This document shows, in pieces, positions 53,535 to 64,000 of a stretch of 64,000 bases of DNA. Where the stretch lies: NCBI GenBank assembly GCA_002269645.1, contig NIVC01001390.1, forward strand, positions 234,052-298,051. The letters are read 5' to 3'. A model generated the notes under the pieces. That model was not told where the DNA came from and ran no database searches. It saw only the letters and a program-made list of their open reading frames with translations. A program made the translations under genes and the position numbers. Each line of letters begins with the position of its first letter. The first letter of the stretch is position 1. The stretch comes from Macrostomum lignano (lineage: Eukaryota).

Positions 53535-54948
53535 GTGAGATGCTAATTGGAGACGGCCTGAGACAGGTATGAGATGCTAATCACAGACAGGTATGAGATG
53601 CTAATCACAGACAGGTATGAGATGCTAATCACAGACAGGTATGAGATGCTAATCACAGACAAGTATGAGATGCTAATCACAGACAGGTATGAGATGCTAA
53701 TCACAGACAGGTATGAGATGCTAATCACAGACAGGTATGAGATGCTAATCACAGACAGGTATGAGATGCTAATCACAGACAGGTATGAGATGCTAATCAC
53801 AGATGGGTGTGAGATGCTAATCACAGACAGGTATGAGATGCTAATCGCAGATGGGTGTGAGATGCTAATCACAGACAGGTATGAGATGCTAATCACAGAC
53901 AGGTATGAGATGCTAATCACAGATGGGTGAGTTGCTAATCACAGACAGGTATGAGATGCTAATCACAGACAGGTATGAGATGCTAATTATAGACAGGTAT
54001 GAGATGCTAATCACAGATGGGTGTGAGATGCTAATCACAGACAGGTATGAGATGCTAATCACAGATGGGTATAAGATGCTAATCACAGACAGGTATGAGA
54101 TGCTAATCACAGATGGGTGTGAGATGCTAATCACAGACAGGTATGAGATGCTAATTATAGACAGGTATGAGATGCTAATCACAGATGGGTGAGTTGCTAA
54201 TCACAGACAGGTATGAGATGCTAATCACAGATGGGTGTGAGATGCTAATCACAGACAGGTATGAGATGCTAATCACAGACAGGTATGAGATGCTAATTAT
54301 AGACAGGTATGAGATGCTAATCACAGATGGGTGTGAGATGCTAATCACAGACAGGTATGAGATGCTAATCACAGATGGGTGTGAGATGCTAATCACAGAC
54401 AGGTATGAGATGCTAATTATAGACAGGTATGAGATGCTGATCACAGACAGGTATGAGATGCTAATCACAGATGGGTGTGAGATGCTAATCACAGATGGGT
54501 ATGAGATGCTAATCACAGACAGGTATGAGATGCTAATCACAGATGGGTGTGAGATGCTAATCACAGATGGGTGTGAGATGCTAATCACAGATGGGTATGA
54601 GATGCTATACACAGATGGGTATGAGATGCTAATCACAGACAGGTATGAGATGCTAATCACAGATGGGTGTGAGATGCTAATCACAGATGGGTATGAGATG
54701 CTAATCACAGACAGGTATGAGATGCTAATCACAGATGGGTGTGAGATGCTAATCACAGACAGGTATGAGATGCTAATCACAGATGGATGTGAGATGCTAA
54801 TCACAGACAGGTATGAGATGCTAATCACAGATGGATGTGAGATGCTAATCACAGACAGGTGTGAGATGCTAATCACAGACAGGTGTGAGATGCTAATCAC
54901 AGACAGGTGTGAGATGCTAATTACAGACAGGTGTGAGATGCTAATCAT
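53535..54948. repeat. 24-bp minisatellite (TGAGATGCTAATCACAGACAGGTA)n, about 1.4 kb
   Basis: Tandem units with CAGGTA/TGGGTG variants and recurring rare variants (GAGTTGC, CTAATTATAG). Confidence 0.96.
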
Positions 54949-55506
54949 AGGCGAGTTCAGGATTCTAATCTCGTGAAATTTGCAATCTTGAAAACCAGAG
55001 CCAGTATGGAGCTCAGTTTAATTGCTGATGAATCTGAACAGCGCATTGCATGCGAGTGGAATTCAAGGCAATTATTTTCAGATCAAAGCTTAACGTGATT
55101 AATTATTTTTTCACGATTGACTGAATCCATTGAGCATTTTATAATTTCCTCTTTTGCTATTCACGCAGTCCTGGGGCGTGGCACTTCTCAGTGACTGCAG
55201 ATATCGTACGAGCTATAATTAATGATCTCCAATCTAATTGGCACGAGTGTAGCTGGCTATAAATATGCAATAGGAAATCCTCCCACTAAAATTTCGACGA
55301 GTATCTTGTCTTCTAACCTAACTGCTCAACTGACGAGGTATCGACGATGGTGAATGATTGTTGAAGTCGTAAGAACAAAATCCAAGTTTGATTTTTGATT
55401 TTTAAGGTAAGTTTGGATGGATAGTCTGTTAAGAACATTTTCTGCGAACAGGTGTAACAACCAAATCAATTAGTTTCAGAGGCACCTCTGATTCTGGCAA
55501 ATTAGA

Positions 55507-57099
55507 ATGAACGATTCGTCTAGCGGTCGCCTGAGCTACAATTTTGACACATTTTCGTACCTGCTGGTCGACTGCAGAAGCGGCTTAGAGGCCTTGAGGG
55601 CTGGCTGCATCACCGCCACAATTAGCGGCATTTTCTGTGCGTTTATCTCGCCATTTCTTGCCTGCCTCAGTTTCTTTGGCAACGGCCTGACTGGCTACTT
55701 GGCCCTGTTTAAGTGGCGCCCATTGACCAGACAGAATGCTTTCTACGGTTGCGTTGCTCTTGTCGACTGCGTTACGGTGCCGCTGTTGGGCATGCTTCAC
55801 GGCTTCTTGAACCGCGGCCTGCCCTGGATCTCGGGTGGTCGGCTGGGTTTTCTGTTGAGCAATCGCGGAGAAATTGGTTGTAAAGCTCATTGGATAATTG
55901 GCAGTCTGTGTCAGCTACTGCCCGCTATGCTGCTGTTGGTGATGGTGACAGACAGGCTGCTGGCCTTTCTGATGCCCATGAGGCTTCAACAGGTGGGGTC
56001 TGGCATTGCTTTCAGGTAAGATCCAGAATTTACTTGCTTATCAGACTTGAGGCGCTCCTATGCAGTTACGGAGCTGTCATTTAATGACCCTTTTGTGACA
56101 GTGTGTCTTACTTGTACACTCGTGCAAGTATGACCTGATGGTTGCAAATTTGTCATGCAGTAAGTAGTTCATAGCTTTAGTGATGAATTGCTTGGTTGAC
56201 TAGTTTTCTTGATTGTCAAGTTGCTTGGTTGTCGAGCTGTTTGGTTGTGGAGTTGCTTGGTTGTCGATTTGTTTGGTTGTGGAGTTGCTTGGTTGTCGAT
56301 TTGTTTGGTTGTGGAGTTGCTTGGTTGTCGATTTGTTTGGTTGTGGAGTTGATTGGTTGTCGATTTGTTTTTTGTCGAGTTGCTAGTTTACTTTGTTTTC
56401 GACATGCTTTATTGGCTAACGAGTTTCTTGATCGATCAGTTTCTTGGGTTGCGACTCGATTAAAGATTAACGATCAAACACTACTTCGTGCACTTTGTAC
56501 AGAATATTTATTCACTGTGCAATCGGTCTGTACACAGGTCAGTACTAGCCGCCACACTGGTCACCCTGGGCCTCACCGTTCCTCGACTTCTCCTGGTAAC
56601 ACGTTACGCCATTTTTGACGGCGTCGGCTTTTTCAGCATTGTGTGTTACTTCGCTCCCAGTCAGCACAACTTTGCGCTCACGTACGACACTTTGTTTATC
56701 TCTCCACCAACCATCCCTCTGCTGTTGGTGCTGTTGTGCAACGTGGCTCTATTGATCAGGATTGCTAGACTAGCCGCTAAAAGGCGTCATTTATCGAATA
56801 ATACTGCTACCGAATCTGGCGTCGACCGGCAGAGTCTAAGCAGTGCGACTATTGTCATGGCGATGTCGTGTGTCACGCTGGGGTTCAACTTGCCGCTGTT
56901 AGCCGTCGAGTGGGCAGTGCAGTTGGTGACGAAGTATACGGCAGACCGTCAGGCTGGCATTCGGACTGCCCGAATGCTGAGCAACTTTATTTTCAGCCTG
57001 AAGCAGCTGGCCATGACAGGTCAGGCTGTCAATTGGATCATTCTGATGGCCAGGTGTAAGAAATATCGTCAGGCTGTCCGAGAGATGATGCCGTGGTGA
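55507..57099 (+). CDS. Rhodopsin-class (family A) orphan GPCR, 356 aa; exons 55507-56015 and 56538-57099
   Basis: GT-AG phase-2 intron gives a 1071-nt frame. Seven hydrophobic segments; GNGL (TM1), LVD (TM2), GCK (ECL1/TM3 Cys), TDRL (DRY-like), LTVP (TM4), VC (ECL2), P..L....N..L (TM5), GFNLP (TM6), AVNWIIL..RCKKYR (TM7/helix 8). Confidence 0.85.
56205..56375. repeat. 32-bp repeat (TTGTGGAGTTGCTTGGTTGTCGATTTGTTTGG)n in the GPCR intron
   Basis: About 4-5 copies visible. Confidence 0.85.
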
Positions 57100-57790
57100 C
57101 TGATTCAGAGAGAGGTGGAAATACCATTTGGTTACAGAAAAATTGGATGAAAACTTAAAAACACGATTATTACTAACTATTTTCCAACTCAAATCCGAGT
57201 TGTACTTTTCGATTCCCAATGCCCACCTACAAAATAAGGGCATGCATGCCCAACTTTTAAGATGTCCACCTTCTTCAAGAAATAGACAAAATACCCAAAA
57301 CTCTTAACAAAAAAGAACTTGGCTTTGTTTTATTGTCTCATTGGTATCGATGAGAATTCTAGCCTCCTTGACTCAATTATGATGATGAATGAGTCTAAAA
57401 AAATATATATATATATATAATCGGAATTGACTGCATTCTTCAAAACAGCGGTAGTTCTGCCTAAATGTTTTCTGCATTTTAGAGCAATACTTAGCCATGA
57501 GAGTCCTAGAGCGCCTACCTAACTGATTTGCACTTTTAATTTGACAAAAGGCACCGCGGACACTGCAAGACATGTAGCTCGTAAATGTCTGCAGGAACTC
57601 CAAGTTTTGAGACAGAAAGTTTGCCATGCCAGATCGAACTGGAGTTTCAGAGCTCTCCTGCGCAGAGCGCACCAGGGGATCCAATTATCTGCGGTGCAGT
57701 TTTCACGCCGAAATTGCGCTATAAAAGCATGCAGTTCGGCCTTGGAAGAACAGTTTGTCTGTATTGGTTCAACTATTCAAGAAACTTTAA

Positions 57791-60102
57791 ATGGCAGTCA
57801 ACAAGCAATTCTTTTTGTTGCTTTTGTTGTTGCTTTCGGCATCGACCTCGTTAAGCGGTGGAGGCGGCGGTTCCAGTACAGGTAGTACCGGTGCCAATAG
57901 TAGCACTGGCGGCGACCACGGAGGCGGTCACAGTACCGGTATCAAGGTGGCTGACTGGCACTGGGACAGCGTCAAGGTGTACATAGTGATCTCCCTGTTC
58001 ATCGTGGTGGTTTCCATTCTGAAGGCGCTGTTCCACCACATCCACTGGCTGTCCGAACTCGTGCCCGAGTCAATTGTGCTCATCTTCTTGGGCGTAGGCA
58101 TCGGGATCATTGTGTTCTTCACCGTATACTCGGATACCGAGCGCTACTACTGGGACCTAACGCCCAGCCTCTTCTTCTACATCCTCCTACCGCCAATCAT
58201 GCTCGAAGCTGCCTATTCGCTCTACGATCGAAACTTCGGCGAGAACCTCGGCTCGATTTTGTACTTCGCCGTGGTTGGCACAGTTTTCGCATTTTTCATC
58301 ATCGGCTTCGCTCTGTACGGCCTGAGTGCCGCCGGGGCGATGGGCGCCCTGCGAGTGTCGCTCAAGACCTGCCTGCTGTTCGGCTCGTACATCGTGGCCG
58401 TCGATCCAGTCGCTGTGCTGGCCATCTTCCAGGACGTCGGAGTTGAGCAGGGTCTCTACTATCTGGTGTTCGGCGAGTCGCTACTGAACGACGCTGTGAC
58501 AGTGGTTCTCTACAAGACCATGAACGCTTTCATGCCCTGGAAACTGCTAGCGGCTCAGATATCTTGTTGGGCATTGTCAGCTTCTTCACCATCAGTCTGG
58601 GCGGTCTGCTTATTGGCGTGATCTGCGGCATCATCTGCTGTTTCATCACTCGATTTACCTTCAGCGAGCGGGTTGTGGAGCCCCTAGTCATGCTGTCGGT
58701 GGCTTACCTGAGCTACATGATCGCGGACATGGTTGGCTGGTCCGGCCTCATCGCCATCATCAGCTGCGGCATCGTGCAAGCCGCCTACGCGTTTCACAAT
58801 GTGTCGAGAAAGTCTCTGATTACAATTAAGTACTTCACTAAAATGGTTGCCAGCGTTAGCGAGTCCATCATCTTTGTCTACCTGGGCATCGAGCTGGTGA
58901 AGAAGACTCACGTCTGGCACTGGGGCTTCGCTCTGTGGTCTCTGGCGCTCTGCCTCGCTGCTCGATTCATCATCACTTTCGTGTCCAGCGCCGCTCTGAA
59001 CCGGCTCGGCAGGAAGACGCCCATCAGCCTCACTGAGCAGCTCATCATCTCGTTCGGCGGCCTCCGAGGTGCCGTCGCATTTGCATTGGCCACCCTAGTC
59101 GAGAATAAGGACCTGTTGAAGGCTGATGGCGATCCGTTGATGCGCGAACGGCTCCTGACCACAACTCTGTTCATCATCATGTTCACCTGCATTATCGTCG
59201 GAGTGATCATCAAGCCGCTGGTCAAGTGTCTCCACATCCGGCTGCGCAAGCGTCCTCTGACCAGCGTCTTCCACGAGGTGGTGACGCACACCGTCGACCA
59301 TCTGAATGCCGGCATCGAGGGAATCTGCGGCAGACGCGGCGACTACCGGATGCGCGAGTGCTTCGACCGACTCGATAGTCGGATCTTCCGCCGGATTCTG
59401 CAGCGCGATCCGCGCACCCAGACAGAGAAGATTGTCGATGTGTACCGCAAAGTAGCTCTGAAGATGCACTACGCCAGCCTGGAGACCGACCAGAAGAAGT
59501 CCACGCACCACTTGTCCGCCCTGGCTCCCGGCCTCGCCCGACGTGTCGCCTCCGTGGCCTCGATGCAGGACCTCGGCGGAGCCGGTCCGTCGTTCCCTGA
59601 CCTGACTGCGCTTGGCGCATCAACTGGCAATATTTCCTCGATGGGTCCGAGCGAGGTTCGCCGCGTGATCGATCATCAGGCGCGCCGCGCCTCCGCCCAG
59701 GTGCACGCCGGCCTGACGAAGTCGTTGAACTCGGACGCGGACATGACGCGAAGGCTGCACGACATGCAATCCAGGCTGGCCAGGGGCATCCGGCTGCTGC
59801 ACCGCGGCGCGTCCCAGGGCCACCGGCTGGACCGGCTGGGCGACGGGGCCGACGGAAGCGGCGGCAGTTCGGCGAACGTTCGCGAGTCGCCCGGCGTCTT
59901 CCAGCGTCGAACCTCGGAGTCGCCGGCGCAGCACGAGTTGAGCCTCCAGCAGCATCAGCATCGACAGCAGCCAGCCATCGGCCTGGGAGCCGTTCAGTTT
60001 GCCATCGGCGAAGGCCCCAGCAGCGACGCCCAATCGGACGGCACAGCTCGACGGAGTCACGTGAACAGCGGCTTCAGCTCGAAGGAGAACACCGCCATCT
60101 AG
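57791..60102 (+). CDS. Intronless Na+/H+ exchanger (SLC9A/NHE family) with a 1-nt deletion at 58535-58537
   Basis: Signal-like N-terminus; VPES..LI.LG, FF.ILLPPIMLEAAYSL, FGENLGSIL.FAVVGT, VAVDPVAVLAIF, VFGESLLNDAVTVVLY, SFGGLRGAVAFAL, TTLFIIMFT. One extra C in ATGCCC(C)TGG joins the two ORFs as MPLETASGSDILLGIV. Confidence 0.93.
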
Positions 60103-61034
60103 CCTTGCTGGTCGCTGAGTTGCGTCGCCCACCAAGAATGAATGTGTCCACAAGACTAAAATTTCTTTTCCTAGCGGAGTGTGACGCGGACACAAAAAGT
60201 TATATCACGTCATCTAATCGCATCGAAAAAATTGATAAAAACATGTGGTCAGCCGATTCGAATTCCCTGTATTATCTACATATGTAGTACGATATTCTGC
60301 TCGTGTAGCTTAGATTTTGTAACGTAGTGGTTCCATCCCTTACAGCAATGGCACCTTTATGGCAATATTGTTAACCATATTGCTGAAGTTTTTCCAAATA
60401 ATATGATTGTATAAAGAAATATTCCCAATTACAACCCGAGTAGCTCATAGAATCCTTGCTTTCTAGAAATTATTTTGATATTGCGCGTTAATTATTACGA
60501 TTTTAATACCTCACTGAAGTTCGCTGATGAGCTGACTCTTACGAGCTGTTTTACCAGTAAAAGCCCTCGCTTTAAAAAAATTACAAGTTCATGAGAATTC
60601 CGTCAAATCAAAAGACGCACTGGAACGCGTTGGACATGGACTTCCTTAAGCCAACTTTCTCATTATAACAAATTCATAGAACGGAAGCATTGAGGTCACG
60701 CATCCACTCACTTTACCTGTCCAAAACTGTGTGTTCTTCGTTAATTAAATTAGCTTTTTATGCCCTGCTATGTTTTATTCCATAGCCCTAGCCTGGGCTT
60801 AGCTATCTGATTTATTAATTAGTTTGCAGCGATGTGCCTCGCTAAACGACGGAGTTGTCTCTAGGTGGAAATGAAAAACTGTGAGTGAGGCATCGGCAGT
60901 GGGCTGAGAAAATTAGCAGAAAAATGAGTAATACAAAATATTGTAGAAGGGAGACTAGAAGTAAGAGTAAAAGAAAGAGTTTTCAGAAATCTTCAGAAGT
61001 TTTCAGAAGTTTTCAAAAATCTAATTTTCAGAAG

Positions 61035-61270
61035 GAGAGTAGAATTTAGAGTAGAATTGAGAGTTGGAGTGAGAGTTGGAGTAAGAGTAGATGTGAGAGT
61101 AGAGGTGAGAGTAGAAGTGAGAGTTGGAGTGAGATTAGAAGTGAGAGTAGAAGTGAGAGTAGATGTGAGAGTAGAAGTGAGAGTAGAAGTGAGAGTAGAA
61201 GGGAGAGTAGAAGGGAGAGTATAAGTGAGAGAAGAAGATAGAGTAGAAGTGGAAGTAGAATATAGAGTAG
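61035..61270. repeat. Degenerate 12-bp repeat (GAGAGTAGAAGT)n
   Basis: Purine-rich tandem units. Confidence 0.85.
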
Positions 61271-61814
61271 AACTAAGACAGCACCAGATGAAAATTTTAT
61301 TCAAAACTTTTCACACGGCTTCTGAATAAAAAATTTTTAACTAAAGCACAATTCACAGCTCGAGAGAAGGAAGCACAGTTTATTCTGCATAACGAATTAT
61401 TTTTTCTATTACGAATAGTGCAAATTTGCCTTAAAAAATATCTAATGGCAGTGACAATGAGGATAAAAAGAAAATTTGCTTAAAAATGACCTACCATACA
61501 TCGGGTTATAAAATCAAGTATCAAGGCAATTTCTCAAATAAATACTCAACAGCTTAACGATCCACCGAGACTACTATTGTAAGTAGGATCATTTGTACAC
61601 TGCTTATTGAATAATTTTTTGAAAGATAGTTTTTTTTCTTCGCGCTCAAAGATTACGATTCTAAGGTGAACATTAGGACACTAGTGTTCACCTGTGACAC
61701 TGTGTTCTAGGACACAGTTTCCTGGGAACAGTGACAAAAATTAATTATTATTGGCAGGCATTCATACTGAAATAAACATTTAGAGATGATTTAAAGCGTA
61801 CACAGTTAAATTAG

Positions 61815-62560
61815 CAGTGACATTTGACTGACAGTGGCACTTGACAGTCAGTGAAGTCTGACGGTCAGTGACATTTGACCGTCAGTGACATTTGACCGTC
61901 AGTGATATTTGGCTGTCAGTGAAGTCTGACATTCAGTGACATTGGACTGTCAGTGACATTTGACCGTCAGTGACATTTGGCTGTCAGTGACATTTGACCG
62001 TCAGTGACATTTGGCAGTCAGTGACATTTGACCGTCAGTGACACTTGACAGTCAGTGACATTTGACAGTCAGTGACATTTGGCTGTCAGTGAAGTCTGAC
62101 ATTCAGTGACATTGGACTGTCAGTGACATTTGACCGTCAGTGATATTTGGCTGTCAGTGACATTTGACCGTCAGTGATATTTGGCTGTCAGTGAAGTCTG
62201 ACATTCAGTGACATTGGACTGTCAGTGACATTTGACCGTCAGTGACATTTTGCTATCAGTGACATTTGACGTCAGTGAAGTCTGACAGTCAGTGACATTC
62301 GAAAGTTAGTGAAATTTGACCGTCAGTGACATTTGACGTCAGTGAAGTCTGACATTCAGTGACATTTGACGTCAGTGAAGTCTGACATTCAGTGACATTT
62401 GACTGCCAGTGACATTGGACTGCCAGTGACATTGGACTGCCAGTGACATTGGACTGCCAGTGACATTTGACTGCCAGTGACATTGGACTGCCAGTGACAT
62501 TTGACTGCCAGTGACATTTGACTGCCAGTGACATTGGACTGTCAGTGACATTGGACTGTC
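61815..62560. repeat. 17-bp minisatellite (CAGTGACATTTGACCGT)n
   Basis: Tandem units with a constant CAGTGA core and variable 3' halves. Confidence 0.93.
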
Positions 62561-62912
62561 ACCTTTTTCACTATCACAACTTAACTGTTAACCATAGCCT
62601 AACTCTATTTATCGTCCGAAGATAAAATGTCCCTTGCACTCGAATTTCTGGCAGTGAAATGGCGATATCCCGTCAAAAATTAATTATATCTATAATCTCA
62701 TTGCGCATTAAGACACAATTCATGAATAAATACAAGAGTTAAATAAACAACAGATTCGATTAATAAAAAGTATTGACAGAGAGAAGTTTTCGTTATTAAA
62801 AAAATTCTCGCATTCCTACTGAACAGTAGTATGTTGAAGAAGCAACATCTCGTGATTTTTGTTAATATAGATTAGCAAAACTATAGTCACTTTCCTTGAG
62901 AATGATAGATCC

Positions 62913-64000
62913 TTAATCTGAGTCGCCTCCATCGTCTGAGTCGCTATAGGTCACCTCGGTGGCTGAGGTAGTTCTCCCCAGCAGCCTGGCCGCCCTCAGC
63001 AGTGCCGCTTTAACCTCGGCGTCTTTGGCCATGGCTAAAGGCGTCTCACCCTGCCGATTCTTCACCGACAAGCTGGCATTGGCTACGCCAGTGCGGACCT
63101 GGGCTCCGTCGCCGAACAGCAGGAGTTCGACTACGGCGGAGTGACTCTTCCAGGCGGCCAGGTGCAGGGCTGTGTCCCCAGATTTGTTCTGACAGCGGTG
63201 TTTTGTTGGCATTTGTAAGTAAATTTCTAATATCGACACACGCTCAGTGTTCTCACACCCTCCTCAGTGTCCCACACCCCCCTCAGTGTCCCCACACCCT
63301 CTTCAGTGTCTCCATCCCTCCTCAGTGTCTCCACACCCCCTCAGTGTCCCCACACCCTCTTCAGTGTCTCCACCCTCCTCAGTGTCCCACACCCCCCTCA
63401 GTGTCCCCACACCCTCTTCAGTGTCTCCACACCCTCCTCAGTGTCTCCACACCCCCTCAGTGTCCCCACACCCTCCTCAGTGTCTCCACACCCTCCTCAG
63501 TGTCTCCACACCCCCCTCAGTGTCCCCACACCCTCTTCAGTGTCTCCACACCCTCCTCAGTGTCCCCACACCCTCCTCAGTGTCCCTACACCCTCCTCAG
63601 TGCTCCCACTCCCTCTTCAGTGTCCCCACACCCTCTTCCGTGTTCCCACACCCTCCTCAGTGTTCCCACACCCTCCTCAGTGTTCCCACACCCTCCTCAG
63701 TGTTCCCACACCCTCCTCAGTGTTCCCACACCCTCCTCAGTGTTCCCACACCCTCCTCAGTGTTCCCACACCCTCCTCAGTGTTCCCACACCCTCCTCAG
63801 TGTTCCCACACCCTCCTCAGTGTTCCCACACCCTCCTCAGTGTTCCCACACCCTCCTCAGTGTTCCCACACCCTCCTCAGTGTTCCCACACACCCTCCTC
63901 AGTGTTCCCACACCTTCTCACCTGAGCGTTGGCATCGCATTTAGCCATCAGCAGCAGCCTGACGCATTCGCGTGACCGCCCCTGCTAGCCCAGTGCAGCG
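62913..64000 (-). CDS. OSTF1: 3' exons of an OSTF1-like ankyrin-repeat gene (partial exon 64000-63922, last exon 63188-62913)
   Basis: LHWASRGGHANA(V)RLLLMAKCDANAQ|NKSGDTALHLAAWKSHSAVVELLL..N..G.T...MA..acidic tail YSDSDD..DSD parallels the OSTF1 C-terminus (LYWACHGGH..NQQNKLGDTALHAAAWKG..YLDDEDSD). Phase-0 GT-AG intron; one G is missing at about 63963. Confidence 0.75.
63247..63915. repeat. 20-bp minisatellite (CACACCCTCCTCAGTGTTCC)n filling the OSTF1 intron
   Basis: Tandem units, more homogeneous toward 63900. Confidence 0.95.

Noticed and set aside
51816-54976. PQFMDYDSSD and EMLITDRY repeat proteins
   Set aside because: Intronic or intergenic minisatellites with unit lengths divisible by three (30 and 24 bp); no evidence of coding function.
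58535-58537. Programmed ribosomal frameshift in the NHE gene
   Set aside because: No slippery heptamer or evident downstream structure; a homopolymer consensus error is simpler.

Overview
Repeat-rich animal genomic DNA with spliceosomal GT-AG introns, many minisatellites and nested transposons. The style suggests a free-living flatworm such as Macrostomum, but that is an inference only. Host genes, in order: last exon of a netrin-like gene; a 4-exon secreted protein with a PAN-like module and an ALK/LTK-type glycine-rich domain; an intronless DEG/ENaC channel with two frameshifts; a very divergent intronless POT/SLC15-like transporter; an acidic/lysine-rich orphan ORF; two tandem RING-B-box-coiled-coil-beta-propeller (TRIM/NHL-like) paralogs; a 3-exon UBE2G1 with an 11.5-kb first intron; a 2-exon rhodopsin-class GPCR; an intronless Na+/H+ exchanger with one frameshift; and the 3' exons of an OSTF1-like ankyrin gene. 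Mobile elements with recognisable ends and target-site duplications (TSDs): a MULE-type MITE, a full-length Loa/R1-group LINE (APE-RT-RNase H, 14-bp TSD), a hAT MITE, a non-autonomous LTR element with a tRNA-Gln-like primer-binding site (PBS), and a decayed hAT carrying a nested Sola2-like transposon inside the UBE2G1 intron. There are also about 13 tandem arrays with units of 2-37 bp. Most frameshifts in otherwise clean genes fall in homopolymer runs, which suggests consensus errors rather than pseudogenes. All calls come from manual reading; no database searches were run.
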